This document shows positions 10,776 to 20,548 of a DNA stretch of 64,000 nucleotides, piece by piece. The notes beneath the pieces were generated by a model that saw only the letters and a list, made by a program, of their open reading frames with translations, was not told the DNA's origin and made no database searches. The DNA is from Cenarchaeum sp. (GTDB taxonomy: Archaea; Thermoproteota; Nitrososphaeria; Nitrososphaerales; Nitrosopumilaceae). Location of the stretch: assembly GCA_963693095.2 (NCBI GenBank), contig OY843768.1:1376001-1440000 (forward strand). The letters are read 5' to 3'. The translations under genes were made by a program, and so were the position numbers. Position 1 is the stretch's first letter, and every line of letters begins with the position of its first letter.

Positions 10776-10827
10776 GCGGCGTGGGAAGTGTCATTTAGGG
10801 GGACGTTTTGGGGCCGGTCAAGCCGGC

Positions 10828-10919
10828 AGCCCGGTAGAGGAACAGTTTCCGCCGAGTGTAGTGGTCAAGCATGGGGGCCTTTGGAGCCCTCGACCCCAGT
10901 TCGAATCTGGGCCGGGCTA
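10828..10919 (+). tRNA. tRNA-Gln(TTG) with 19-nt intron at position 10/11 (10838-10856)
   Basis: Acceptor AGCCCGG/CCGGGCT, anticodon arm GGGGC-CTTTGGA-GCCCT, T arm CCCAG-TTCGAAT-CTGGG. Confidence 0.92.
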
Positions 10920-10978
10920 CCCATCTAGTCACGACCCCCCGATAGGGTTTTTAACGGGTCGCGTGGGCGTGCGCACGC

Positions 10979-11569
10979 TTGAGTGCCCAAGAGTACAACC
11001 ATATTGTGAGGATCGTCGGCAACGACATACCCGGCGACAAGAAGATTCTCGTCGGCCTGACCCAGGTGAGGGGCGTTGGGCGCAGCTTTGCCCTGGCGGT
11101 TCTTGACACGCTGGGCATCAGCACGTCGACTAGCATGGGCCTTGTCGCAGATGCCGACGTCGCGAGGATCGAGGCGCTCATAAAGGACCCAATAAAGGCC
11201 GGATTCCCCATATGGTTCCTCAACCGCCGGAGGGACATGGAGACGGGCAAGGACCTGCACCTCCTGACCTCTGATATCGAGTTTACCGTGAGGGGCGACG
11301 TTGAGCGCGAAAAGGCCCTTGGCAGCTGGCGCGGGTACCGCTACACGTACGGCCTAAAGGTTCGCGGGCAGCGGACGCGCACGACGGGTCGCAAGGGCGG
11401 TGCAGTCGGCGTCGCAAAGGGCGGCAAGGTCCAGCCCGCAAAGACCGGTGATGTCACTGCCGTCGGCGCCGCGCCGGCCGAGGGCGCCGATGCCGGAGCT
11501 GCCGCGCCGGCCGAGGGCGCCGCAAAGGCTCCTGACACAAAGGCCGCACCGGAGGCCAAAAAGGAGTAG
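10979..11569 (+). CDS. rps13: 30S ribosomal protein uS13
   Basis: [39 protein letters not shown]; Ala/Pro/Glu tail with 33-bp-period repeat. Confidence 0.97.
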   Translation: MSAQEYNHIVRIVGNDIPGDKKILVGLTQVRGVGRSFALAVLDTLGISTSTSMGLVADADVARIEALIKDPIKAGFPIWFLNRRRDMETGKDLHLLTSDIEFTVRGDVEREKALGSWRGYRYTYGLKVRGQRTRTTGRKGGAVGVAKGGKVQPAKTGDVTAVGAAPAEGADAGAAAPAEGAAKAPDTKAAPEAKKE

Positions 11570-11575
11570 GGAGAC

Positions 11576-12376
11576 ATGGGCGATCCAAGATATCCAAGAA
11601 AGGTCTGGAGAAAGCCAAAGAGGCCGCTAAACTATGACCTAAAGATGGACGAGCTAAAGACACTTGGCGGTTTTGGCCTGCGAACAAAGCGCGAACTGTG
11701 GAAGGCCCGAACCGAGCTCTCGCGCCTGAGGCAGCAGGCCCGATCGCTTCTCGCGCTAGGCGAGGAGGTCAGGGGAGAGCGCGAGCCGATACTCATAAAC
11801 TCACTAGAGAGGGTGGGCCTAGTAAAGCCCGGCTCGAGCCTCGATGACGTGCTAAACCTGCAGGTCAATGACGTTCTTGCGCGCCGACTCCAGAGCATCG
11901 TGATGAAAAAGATGGACTTTAGGACGCCGTACCAGGCGCGCCAGGCCGTCGTGCATGGTCACGTTATGATAGGCGAGCGGATCGTTGACATACCGTCGTA
12001 CACTGTCACAGTGGATGAGGAGGACGACGTGCGCCTCCTGCCCGGCTCTCCGCTAGCCGAGGTTCTTGAGGCAAACAAGAGGCTCGCAAAGGAAGAGGCC
12101 GCAAGGCCAAAGGCAGAAGATGGTGAGGACGAGCCAGGCGCCGCCGGCTCGACAGATCCCGGAGCAGCCGCTGGCCTGCAGCGCGCCGATGCCGGAGCAT
12201 CAGGGGCAGCGACCCCAGAGTCCGGCACGGCGGGGGGAGCCGAGGCGCCCAAAGAGGAGACCACGGTCCCTGATCCGGCAGCAGGGCAAGGCACGGCCGA
12301 GGAGACCACAGCGCCCGATCCGGCAGCAGGGCAAGGCACGGCCGAGGCGCCCAAAGAGCAGACTACAGCGTCCTGA
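11576..12376 (+). CDS. rps4: 30S ribosomal protein uS4
   Basis: MGDPRYPRK, GLRTKRELW, RRLQSIV, QARQAVVHGHV. Confidence 0.97.
   Translation: MGDPRYPRKVWRKPKRPLNYDLKMDELKTLGGFGLRTKRELWKARTELSRLRQQARSLLALGEEVRGEREPILINSLERVGLVKPGSSLDDVLNLQVNDVLARRLQSIVMKKMDFRTPYQARQAVVHGHVMIGERIVDIPSYTVTVDEEDDVRLLPGSPLAEVLEANKRLAKEEAARPKAEDGEDEPGAAGSTDPGAAAGLQRADAGASGAATPESGTAGGAEAPKEETTVPDPAAGQGTAEETTAPDPAAGQGTAEAPKEQTTAS
12254..12343. repeat. 45-bp tandem duplication in uS4 C-terminal tail
   Basis: EETT(V/A)PDPAAGQGTA x2, near-identical DNA. Confidence 0.9.
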
Positions 12377-12481
12377 CGGGCATTCTAGTGCACAGTTGCG
12401 CATGGCAGACCGGCCTTGTGGCCCGTGCGGGCGGCAATGTGCGCAAATACACTTAACGGCGTGGCTTGAGCCTCTGCGCGC

Positions 12482-14230
12482 GTGTGCTCGATAATAGGAT
12501 ACAGTGGCAGTCGCGCCGCCGCGCGCGTCCTAGTCGGCGGCCTGCGCCGCATGGAGTATCGCGGGTATGACAGCGTGGGCGTGGCGACTGGCTCGGGCGG
12601 GGAGATACTCGTCAAAAAGGGCGTCGGCAGGGTCGACGGCGTCAACGCGTCGCTGCGCCTAGACGAGCTTCCCGGCAACGCCGGCGTGGGCCACACGAGA
12701 TGGGCAACGCAGGGGGCAGCAACTGACACCAATGCGCACCCGCACGCATCAAGCGGCGGGCGCGTCGCCATAGTCCATAACGGCTCCATAGACAACTTTG
12801 TGCAGCTGAGGGAGTCGCTGCGCGCGCGCGGGTTTGCGTTCAGGAGCGAGACGGACAGCGAGGTCATCGCAAACCTCCTCGAGTCCGAGCTCGACGGCGA
12901 GGGCGGGGCCAAGGAGGCAATCATGCGCACTGCCAATGCGCTTGAGGGACACTATACGTTTGCCGCAATATTTGATGACGGCACGATCGTGGCCGCAAGG
13001 AGGCGCGAGCCGCTCATCATCGGCGTGGGCGATGGCGAGCACTATGTGGCAAGCGACGTGCTCGGGTTTGTAGAGTATACCGATGACGCGATTTACGTCG
13101 GTGACGGAAACTTTGTCGTGATAGACGGCGATGGGCCGGCAGTTTACGATGCTGATGGCAACACCGCAGAGATGCGCGTGACAAAGGTCTCGCGCGAGCT
13201 TGCCGGCATATACAAGGGGGACTATGCGCACTATACGCTAAAGGAGATATCAGAGCAGCCAGAGGCCATAATGGGCGCAGGCGGGGATGAGGCCTCCATC
13301 GAGGCCGCAGCAGCGGCGCTTCGCGAGGCCAGGACCGTCTACATTGTGGGCAGCGGAACGAGCCACAATGCAGCACTAGTCGCAAAGCACATCCTCTCAA
13401 GCCATGCGCGCATAAGGGCAGAGGTGATCGTGGCCAGCGAGTTTCCCGTCCATGCGACCTCGCTCTCCGGCGGCGTCATGCTCGCCATATCGCAGAGCGG
13501 CGAGAGTGCTGACATGCTAGAGGCCGCACGCCTTGCAGGGGATGCGGGCCTCGGGATCATCTCGCTTGTCAACCACCCGTCCTCGTCCCTTGCGCGCGAG
13601 TCATCGCGCACGGTCAGGATGGACTGTGGGCCGGAGATCGGCGTTGCGGCAACAAAGAGCTTTACGTCACAGCTTGCCGCGCTGCACAGGATAGCGGCGG
13701 CCCTAGGGGGGTCGCGCGTGGACATGGGGGCAGTCTCGGGCGCAATGGCCGAGGCGCTGCGCTGCGAGGCGCAGGCCAGGGCAGTAGCGGCCGGACTACG
13801 CGATGTCAGTGACGTGTATGTGCTCGGGCGCGGCATTCACTATGCGATCGCCTCCGAGGCGGCCCTAAAGCTAAAAGAGCTCGCATACATACATGCCGAG
13901 GCCATGCCCGGCGGGGAGCTAAAGCATGGCCCGCTTGCGCTCCTCGGCGAGGACTCGCGCGTAATCGTCATAAACCCGCCGGGGCCAACGCACGCCGACG
14001 CGCTAGCCGACGCCGCCAAGATACGCGCGCGCGGCGGGCGCACGATCGGAATAGACACGCATGATGCCGACGAGTATGACGAGTGGATTGGCATTCCCGA
14101 GTGCGCAGAGTGGATATATCCGATCATAGGGATCATCCCCGCGCAGCTTGTCGCATACTATACTGCGCTCGAGCGCGACACGGATCCCGACCACCCAAGA
14201 AACCTCGCAAAGTCAGTCACCGTGAGATAG
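12482..14230 (+). CDS. glmS: glutamine--fructose-6-phosphate aminotransferase
   Basis: N-terminal Cys (CSIIG), EYRGYDS, HTRWAT, SQSGE, ELKHGP, PRNLAKSVTV. Confidence 0.97.
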   Translation: MCSIIGYSGSRAAARVLVGGLRRMEYRGYDSVGVATGSGGEILVKKGVGRVDGVNASLRLDELPGNAGVGHTRWATQGAATDTNAHPHASSGGRVAIVHNGSIDNFVQLRESLRARGFAFRSETDSEVIANLLESELDGEGGAKEAIMRTANALEGHYTFAAIFDDGTIVAARRREPLIIGVGDGEHYVASDVLGFVEYTDDAIYVGDGNFVVIDGDGPAVYDADGNTAEMRVTKVSRELAGIYKGDYAHYTLKEISEQPEAIMGAGGDEASIEAAAAALREARTVYIVGSGTSHNAALVAKHILSSHARIRAEVIVASEFPVHATSLSGGVMLAISQSGESADMLEAARLAGDAGLGIISLVNHPSSSLARESSRTVRMDCGPEIGVAATKSFTSQLAALHRIAAALGGSRVDMGAVSGAMAEALRCEAQARAVAAGLRDVSDVYVLGRGIHYAIASEAALKLKELAYIHAEAMPGGELKHGPLALLGEDSRVIVINPPGPTHADALADAAKIRARGGRTIGIDTHDADEYDEWIGIPECAEWIYPIIGIIPAQLVAYYTALERDTDPDHPRNLAKSVTVR

Positions 14231-15299
14231 CGCGCGCATACTCGGCCTCTGCTAGTGGGCAAATGGAGCCCGCATCCACGCCACGGCCCATGACGGCAGC
14301 AACCATTGCGCCGCCAGCACCGGCGCCCTCCTTTGCGTGACCGTTGGCAAACGCGCTCAGGCCGTCGACTCGCGATGAGGCAAGGCCGGGGTCTATGCAT
14401 ATTGCCGGAATCGACTCGAGTTGCGCAATCTCGGCAAAGTTCGCCGAGGCGTCCTGGATGACATAGCTCGTGGTGGCCAGCGCGATCGCCCCATCGCGCG
14501 GACTGCAGATCCTTCGCGAGAGCATTAGCGCTGCGAGCATCTGCGTGCCGCCGGCAAGGAGAACGTGCGAGGAGCGGGAGGCCGCCGCTGCCATCGAGCA
14601 CACAAAGGCGAGCATTGGGTCGCCGGCCTCGCGCACAGCGTCGCGCGCATCATGTGAGCCCGCAAGGCGCGCAAGGGCCGCCGAGACGGCACGCTCCTTG
14701 AGCTCAACGGGATTCTCCCTCATGCTAGAGCTGACGCGCGCCGGTGAGCCCAGGGCGCGCATTACGCCAAGCGCAGTAGTCGTCCCGCCCGGCACGCTCT
14801 CGCCGATTATGACACAGTCGGCGACCTCGGTGGCGTGGCGGCCGGCGTCATGGCCGCGCCGCAGCGCAAGCTCGAGGGACTTTGCAGACATTGCCGAACG
14901 CGCCGCAATGTCCTCGCCGACTGGCAGGCCCGTCTCGATGTGAGGCATCTCGGGCGGCTTGGCGCATCCGGCGCTGATCGCCATGGAAGGTATGCGCGCG
15001 GCCTCTAGTGCCGCACGCGTGAGAAGGGCCGGCGTCGGCAGGCCGCCGGGCGCCATGGGCACGCCCTTTATCGACTTGCAGCGGCCATAGCGCACATACT
15101 CGGCGTCGGCTGCAGGCGTGAGTGTCATTGCCTCCTTTGAGGCGCCGGCAGCCGATATTCCCGGCGTCTCGCACGTGCGCGTGTGCGACATGACAAGCGA
15201 GAACAGCATCCGCGAGTCGCCTTCCAGCTCGCCCGAGAGCGAGCGCGCCGCGGCGGCATCACCGACAAAGTCTATCGCGTCCAACGCGCTATCCGCCAA
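14217..15299 (-). CDS. cobT: archaeal CobT-like phosphoribosyltransferase (TIGR00303 type)
   Basis: TPAADAE, PTPALLTRA, GESVPGGTTTA, LAGGTQM, KEGAGAGG. Confidence 0.88.
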   Translation of the reverse strand: MADSALDAIDFVGDAAAARSLSGELEGDSRMLFSLVMSHTRTCETPGISAAGASKEAMTLTPAADAEYVRYGRCKSIKGVPMAPGGLPTPALLTRAALEAARIPSMAISAGCAKPPEMPHIETGLPVGEDIAARSAMSAKSLELALRRGHDAGRHATEVADCVIIGESVPGGTTTALGVMRALGSPARVSSSMRENPVELKERAVSAALARLAGSHDARDAVREAGDPMLAFVCSMAAAASRSSHVLLAGGTQMLAALMLSRRICSPRDGAIALATTSYVIQDASANFAEIAQLESIPAICIDPGLASSRVDGLSAFANGHAKEGAGAGGAMVAAVMGRGVDAGSICPLAEAEYARAISR

Positions 15300-15900
15300 G
15301 CATCATCACAAACTCGTCCTCGCTGCGCTGCTGCAGGACGGGGTTTGTGGCCCTCTCGCGCCCAATGGTGGACGTCGGCGAGCTCCCATAGTTGTGGCCC
15401 GGATAGACCTCGATCGCGTCATCGAGTGCGCATATCACGCCAAAGAGGCTAGCATAGAGCTCGCGCGCACTGCCGCCAGGCAGGTCCACCCTGCCGCAAC
15501 TGCCGACAAATAGCGTGTCACCTGACAAGAGCTTGCCCTCACCCAAAAGGCAGATGCTGTCGCGCGAGTGGCCCGGCGTGTGGAGAACCCGCAGGGACGA
15601 CTCGCCAAATGATATCGTGTCGCCGTCTCGCAGCGTGCGCGAGTGGGCGAGCTCTGACTCGGCGTGCTGCGCTATCGGCGCGCCAGTCATTTTGGCCATC
15701 TCGTCGTTGCCAGTCGTGTGGTCAAAGTGGTGGTGCGTGTTGACGATGAGGCCAATGTGTATGCGGCCGTCGCGCACAACAGAGTCGACCCTGTCGAGAT
15801 CCCACGACGGATCCACTATAATGCCCTCGCGCGTCTTTTCGTCATGCACGACATAGGTAAAGTTTGCCATAGAGCCCACAGGAACCTGCTCGACGATCAA
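15289..15900 (-). CDS. MBL-fold metallo-hydrolase (glyoxalase II-like)
   Basis: THHHFDH, HTPGHS, GDTLF, PGHNYG; TTG start overlapping upstream stop. Confidence 0.92.
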   Translation of the reverse strand: MIVEQVPVGSMANFTYVVHDEKTREGIIVDPSWDLDRVDSVVRDGRIHIGLIVNTHHHFDHTTGNDEMAKMTGAPIAQHAESELAHSRTLRDGDTISFGESSLRVLHTPGHSRDSICLLGEGKLLSGDTLFVGSCGRVDLPGGSARELYASLFGVICALDDAIEVYPGHNYGSSPTSTIGRERATNPVLQQRSEDEFVMMLGG

Positions 15901-16538
15901 AGCACGCCGGCCTCTGCCTCTGGCGGTATGCCAATCCTCTCGACGAACGTCTTGCCGCACACGTCAGCGCGCCCCTCCATGCCAGACTTTGCCCTGTGGA
16001 ACGTGACTGTCATGTCTGCCCGCACGCACTCGGTGGCGGCCTTGCCAGTCGTCGCATCAAGGCCGGAGGGCACGTCAACAGAGAGCGTGAACGCGCTTGA
16101 CGCGTTGACAAACGATATTGCCGAGGCGTGCGGCTCGCGCGGGCTTCCGGACACGCCGGTCCCGAGTATCGCGTCAATGACTATCTCGGCGTCCTCAAAC
16201 CCCGCATAGTCGCCGATGATCTCGACGGATGGCACCCTTGAGAGAATGTCCCAGTTCCAGCGCGTCTCCTCGGTTCGCAGCGAGGACGCATCACCGAGCA
16301 GCGCAAGGCCGACGCGCGCGCCCAGGCCTGCTAGGTGCCTTGCCATGACCATCCCGTCGCCGCCATTGTTGCCCGTTCCGGCAATGACGAGAACCCTTCT
16401 TGATGCGACATCGCCCATGGCCTCAACTAGCCGCCTAACTGCGGCCGCGCCGGCATTCTCCATCATAAACCGCTTGTGAAACCCCATCGCGTGGCCGTTC
16501 TCCTCTATGCGCATCATCTGCTCGACGGTTATTCCCAT
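15897..16538 (-). CDS. nnrE: NAD(P)H-hydrate epimerase (YjeF N-terminal)
   Basis: MENAG, GTGNNGGDG, DAILGTG, DVPSG, TVTFH. Confidence 0.93.
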   Translation of the reverse strand: MGITVEQMMRIEENGHAMGFHKRFMMENAGAAAVRRLVEAMGDVASRRVLVIAGTGNNGGDGMVMARHLAGLGARVGLALLGDASSLRTEETRWNWDILSRVPSVEIIGDYAGFEDAEIVIDAILGTGVSGSPREPHASAISFVNASSAFTLSVDVPSGLDATTGKAATECVRADMTVTFHRAKSGMEGRADVCGKTFVERIGIPPEAEAGVL

Positions 16539-16681
16539 CTTGGGGCGGCGCGTGGCCAGAGATGATAAGAGCGTTGGGGCGCCATTCATCTTTGGGACAC
16601 ACGTTCCGCTAGGGCTTGCCGCCGTGGATTTTTGGCTTGACCGTCAAAGGTTTTAATATGAGAATCATGATCAGTTGTGCC

Positions 16682-16828
16682 ATGACCTCAGAGGACAAAA
16701 AGACGGCGAGAACCTATTCTGATCCCTCAGACTATCCTGATTTCACATTTGTAGATGTGATGTTTGGAGAGCCCGACAAGACAGAGCCGGGCAAAGGTAA
16801 ATTTTACACAGGCAACAAGGATGCATAG
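16682..16828 (+). CDS. small charged peptide (48 aa)
   Basis: ATG about 25 nt after TTTTAATAT box; ends 8 nt before next ORF. Confidence 0.5.
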   Translation: MTSEDKKTARTYSDPSDYPDFTFVDVMFGEPDKTEPGKGKFYTGNKDA

Positions 16829-16836
16829 GTTTCGGC

Positions 16837-17430
16837 ATGGCCGAACTACCCATAAATGAAAACAGAGAGGCCATTCTCAGGATCATGCGAGACAGCATCA
16901 TGGTGCAGCTATGGGCAATAAAAAGCCTCAACGCAAAGGCCAGAGCTGTCCTAGCCGCTGATGCCATAATCCTCGGAGTTTTGATTACGGGCATTGGAAT
17001 CTCCACAGGGATTTCAGGAGACCAGAGTTTGGCGGCATTATGGACACTTTCAACACTAGGGGTCGTTTTAATTACCATAGCCGCAGTTGTGAGCATTGCC
17101 ATGATTCTGACGTCGATGTATTTTTGTATTCGTGCGCTCAAGATAATAAAGGTGGTGAAGTTCAATATCATCCCATTTATTAAAGACAATGGGGACATAA
17201 ATGTGGAAAAACTCGAATGGTGCACCCGCCTGAAGGAAGAGGACGTCTACAAATTCGCATGTGATTTTTACATATCCAGCATAAAAGTACTCGAAGCCGA
17301 TAATCATAGCCTAGCATCCAACACCAGCAAATGCCAGACATGGTTGTTCCTAGGGCTATTGCTAGGATCCATAGTGGTGGTTGTCACGTTTGTGCTATCA
17401 CTTGCGGCATCAGCGCCGCAGGGTGCATAG
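16837..17430 (+). CDS. low-GC 3-TM membrane protein, PycTM/DUF5706-like topology
   Basis: LNAKARAVLA-TM1, TM2-CIRAL, soluble loop, N..K..WL-TM3. Confidence 0.7.
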   Translation: MAELPINENREAILRIMRDSIMVQLWAIKSLNAKARAVLAADAIILGVLITGIGISTGISGDQSLAALWTLSTLGVVLITIAAVVSIAMILTSMYFCIRALKIIKVVKFNIIPFIKDNGDINVEKLEWCTRLKEEDVYKFACDFYISSIKVLEADNHSLASNTSKCQTWLFLGLLLGSIVVVVTFVLSLAASAPQGA

Positions 17431-17630
17431 AGCCACAGCACTCGCGCAGCTTGCAGCAGCGAGCGAGCGCACAAGAGTGTGTGTTCAAAATGCCCCAGAT
17501 CTTGGGACGTGCCAGTCCCCTAGGCCAAAGATGCGCCAATTAGCTCACGCAGCGTGCGGTGCAGATGGTGCCTGCCTGGCGCTGACACGCGCACAAAGGG
17601 ATTTAATGCGGCTCTCGGCAGTGCGCGCTC

Positions 17631-18254
17631 ATGGGGCTAGAGGAGGCCAAAAGGTCAGTCGAGGAGATCGCCGAGTCACTAGAGTCAGCGCGCACCGACC
17701 GCGAGCGCCTCATAAAGGGCTCACGCGACGTCATCGCACTCTGCTCCAGGTCCATAATCACGGTTCATGCCGGAGACATTGCGGCCGCTGCCAGGCTTGC
17801 CGGCGATGCCAAGAAGCGCCTCGATGAGCTCAGGGCGGGCGCACCGGCGCGCCTGTACCACAATATCGCCATAGCCGAGCAGGAGCTAGTCGAGGCACTT
17901 GCGCTAATCGCCATAGTCTCTGATGAGGACGTCCCGACGCCCTCGTCGATCTCTGTGGCCGGCACGTCATACGTGCTCGGCCTGCTTGATTGCATCGGCG
18001 AGCTAAAGCGGCAGGTTCTTGACCGCATACGCGCCGGGGACACGGCAGGCGCCGAGCGCATGTTTGATGTCATGGGCGGCCTCTATGAGATGCTATACCC
18101 AATGGCAGCATACGACAAGGTCCTAAAGGAGGCGCGCCGCAAGCTCGACGTCAACAGGGAGCTCATAGAGCGCGCGCGCCTAGCCGTCACGGAGGCCTCG
18201 GCGCGTGCCCGCCTCGAGAGGAGGCTAGACGCCACGGCAGGCGACAGGTCTTGA
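17631..18254 (+). CDS. translin family protein
   Basis: RERLIK.SR, AEQELVEA, YVLGLLDCIGELKR, RRKLDV. Confidence 0.9.
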   Translation: MGLEEAKRSVEEIAESLESARTDRERLIKGSRDVIALCSRSIITVHAGDIAAAARLAGDAKKRLDELRAGAPARLYHNIAIAEQELVEALALIAIVSDEDVPTPSSISVAGTSYVLGLLDCIGELKRQVLDRIRAGDTAGAERMFDVMGGLYEMLYPMAAYDKVLKEARRKLDVNRELIERARLAVTEASARARLERRLDATAGDRS

Positions 18255-18259
18255 GTCAT

Positions 18260-18347
18260 TGGTGCGGGCGATGGGATTCGAACCCACGAACTCCTGAGAG
18301 ACTAACCCCTCAAGCTAGCACCGTTGGCCAGGCTTGGCTACACCCGC
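18260..18347 (-). tRNA. tRNA-Leu(GAG), CCA encoded
   Basis: GCGGGTG/CGCCCGC acceptor, CTAGC-TTGAGGG-GTTAG anticodon arm, long variable arm, GGTTCGAATCC. Confidence 0.96.
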
Positions 18348-18397
18348 ACGGCGTCGCCTTGCAGGGTTTTTATAATCCTTGAGCCCGCGCGCACCCC

Positions 18398-18634
18398 GTG
18401 CTAGTGCCCGTTAGGTGCTTTACGTGCGGAAATGTCATATCCGACCGGTATGCTGACTTTCAGCAGGCCATAAAGGATGGCGAGGATCCGGCCACAGCCC
18501 TCGATGCGCTCGGCATGAAGCGCTACTGCTGCCGCAGGATGCTCCTCACGACAGTCGAGACCATCAAGCAGATAATACCGTTCCAGGAGGCAATCCACAA
18601 GCGGAACCTCGAGGTAAAGGCCGAGCTAGAGTAG
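18398..18634 (+). CDS. rpo10: RNA polymerase subunit Rpo10 (RpoN)
   Basis: PVRCFTCG...RYCCRRMLL. Confidence 0.97.
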   Translation: MLVPVRCFTCGNVISDRYADFQQAIKDGEDPATALDALGMKRYCCRRMLLTTVETIKQIIPFQEAIHKRNLEVKAELE

Positions 18635-18635
18635 G

Positions 18636-19883
18636 TTGGCGCAGATAACCTCGGTTGTCGGCAGGGTCGTCTACAATAGCCGGGGAGCCGAGTCCGTCGA
18701 GGTCGACATTGTTGCAGACAACAGGTTCCATGGCAGGGCGTGCGCGCCCTCTGGGGCAAGCGTCGGTGCCGCAGAGGCCGTCTCGCTTCCCTCCGGAGGC
18801 GCATCAGAGTCAGTCAGGCTCCTTGCTGCTGGCGCGAGCTCACTTGACGGGGTCGACGCCGGTGATGCCGAGGCGGTTCACGTTGCGCTGCGGACTCTTG
18901 ACTCCACGCCAAACTGGTCAGTCATCGGCGGCGCAGTCGCGTATGCGGCAAGCGTTGCGGCAGCTGACGCCGGTGCGCAGGCCGGCGGAGTCGAGCTCCA
19001 CGAGGCAATTGGCGATGGTCCGGCACGCATGCCCTACCCGCTCGGAAACGTTCTCGGCGGTGGCGCGCATGCCGGTCCGGGCACGCCGGACATACAGGAG
19101 ATACTTGTCTGCGCCATTGGCGCGCGCAATGTTCGAGACGCGATCGCAACCAACGTCGATGTCCACAGGGAGCTCGGCCTCGTGCTGCGCGAGCGCGACA
19201 ACGGGTTCACCGGCGGGCGCAGTGACGAGGGCGGATGGGCTCCGAGGATCGGAAACGAGGAGGCACTGGAGGCCGCCGCGCGCGCATGCGAGAGGCTTGG
19301 GCACACGCTGGGGCGCGACGTGGCACTCGGTGTTGACTTTGCGGCATCGACACAGTGGGACGGCGCGCGAGGCGCGTACGTCTACGAGAGGTCCGGTGAG
19401 GTTCGCACGCCCTCTGAGCAGGTCGACTTTGCCGCATCACTCATCAAAAAGTACAGCCTCGTCTATGCCGAGGACGCGGTCCACGAGGAGGCATTTGGCG
19501 ATATGGCCGAGCTCACCTCTAGGTTTCCGCGCGTCCTTGTGACCGGCGATGACCTTACTGCGACTAGCGCCGAGAGGGTCGCGAGGGCCGCGCGCGAGAA
19601 GTCATGCAGCGCGGCCATACTAAAGGTAAACCAGGCCGGAACGCTGCGCGACGCGCTGGCCTTTGCGAGGACTGCGGCATCCTCGGGAATCGCGCTAGTC
19701 ACCTCACACCGGTCTGGTGAGTCAGTCGACTCGCACATATCGCACATAGCCGTGGCGACTCATTCGAGGATGCTAAAGACGGGCATACTCGGCGGCGAGC
19801 GCGTGGCAAAGCTCAACGAGCTCCTGCGCATGTCAGAGCAGGGTTTAATACAAGGCATGGCCGAGCCGGCTCCACAGCAATGA
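18636..19883 (+). CDS. eno: enolase
   Basis: NSRG..VEV, APSGASVG, DEGGW, TGDDL, LKVNQAG, SHRSGE, ERVAKLNELLR. Confidence 0.96.
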   Translation: MAQITSVVGRVVYNSRGAESVEVDIVADNRFHGRACAPSGASVGAAEAVSLPSGGASESVRLLAAGASSLDGVDAGDAEAVHVALRTLDSTPNWSVIGGAVAYAASVAAADAGAQAGGVELHEAIGDGPARMPYPLGNVLGGGAHAGPGTPDIQEILVCAIGARNVRDAIATNVDVHRELGLVLRERDNGFTGGRSDEGGWAPRIGNEEALEAAARACERLGHTLGRDVALGVDFAASTQWDGARGAYVYERSGEVRTPSEQVDFAASLIKKYSLVYAEDAVHEEAFGDMAELTSRFPRVLVTGDDLTATSAERVARAAREKSCSAAILKVNQAGTLRDALAFARTAASSGIALVTSHRSGESVDSHISHIAVATHSRMLKTGILGGERVAKLNELLRMSEQGLIQGMAEPAPQQ

Positions 19884-20548
19884 GCGGACAGGCCATGGCG
19901 CAGGGGATCGAGGGCAAGATGGAGGCTGCCGGTGCGCGCGTGGGCACGCCGGTTCGCACAAAGTTCATGGTTCGCTATGTGAGCGCAGAGGCCGCAGGCG
20001 GAACGTACTATTTTGACATTGGCCTCACGATTGCGCGCCTGCGAACCGCCGGCAAGATGATATCGCGGACCGGAACCGGCGAGCTCATCGTCTGCTCGGC
20101 GCGCGAGCACACGCGAACCCCCGTTGAGAGGTTCTGCGAGCTCACCGGCGCAAAAAAGATACTCGGGAGGTTCATGCCCGGCACGCTGACAAACCCGTCG
20201 CTTCCGCACTATATCGAGCCGCGCCTCGTACTGGTGTCAGACCCATCAGTCGACTCGCAGGCAGTCATCGAGGCGACGAATGCGGGAATTCCGGTCATAG
20301 GCATGGCAAACACGGACAACGTGACGTCGATGATCGACATTGTCATACCGACTAACAACAGGGGACGCAAGTCACTCGCGGCCGCATACTGGATGCTCGC
20401 GCGCGAGGTTCTCGTTGCCCGCGGCGACATTGAGGATGTCGGCGCCGGCGAGGACAACCGCCACTCGATGGATCTCGACATCGAGGACTTTGAGGACAAG
20501 ATGTCAGTCGACGACGAGGACAGCGAGAGCAGCGAATCAGAGGAATGA
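19880..20548 (+). CDS. rps2: 30S ribosomal protein uS2
   Basis: GRFMPGTLTNP, NTDN, IPTNNRGRKSL; acidic tail. Confidence 0.96.
   Translation: MSGQAMAQGIEGKMEAAGARVGTPVRTKFMVRYVSAEAAGGTYYFDIGLTIARLRTAGKMISRTGTGELIVCSAREHTRTPVERFCELTGAKKILGRFMPGTLTNPSLPHYIEPRLVLVSDPSVDSQAVIEATNAGIPVIGMANTDNVTSMIDIVIPTNNRGRKSLAAAYWMLAREVLVARGDIEDVGAGEDNRHSMDLDIEDFEDKMSVDDEDSESSESEE

Noticed and set aside
12396-12472. Hairpin upstream of glmS followed by ACA (glmS ribozyme or H/ACA RNA)
   Set aside because: Stem relies on self-palindromic TGCGCA; no K-turn and no ribozyme core
12690-12790. GlmS variants HTRWATQG and HNGSIDN as signs of inactivation
   Set aside because: Cys1, Arg, Asn-Gly and the C-terminal Lys motif are retained
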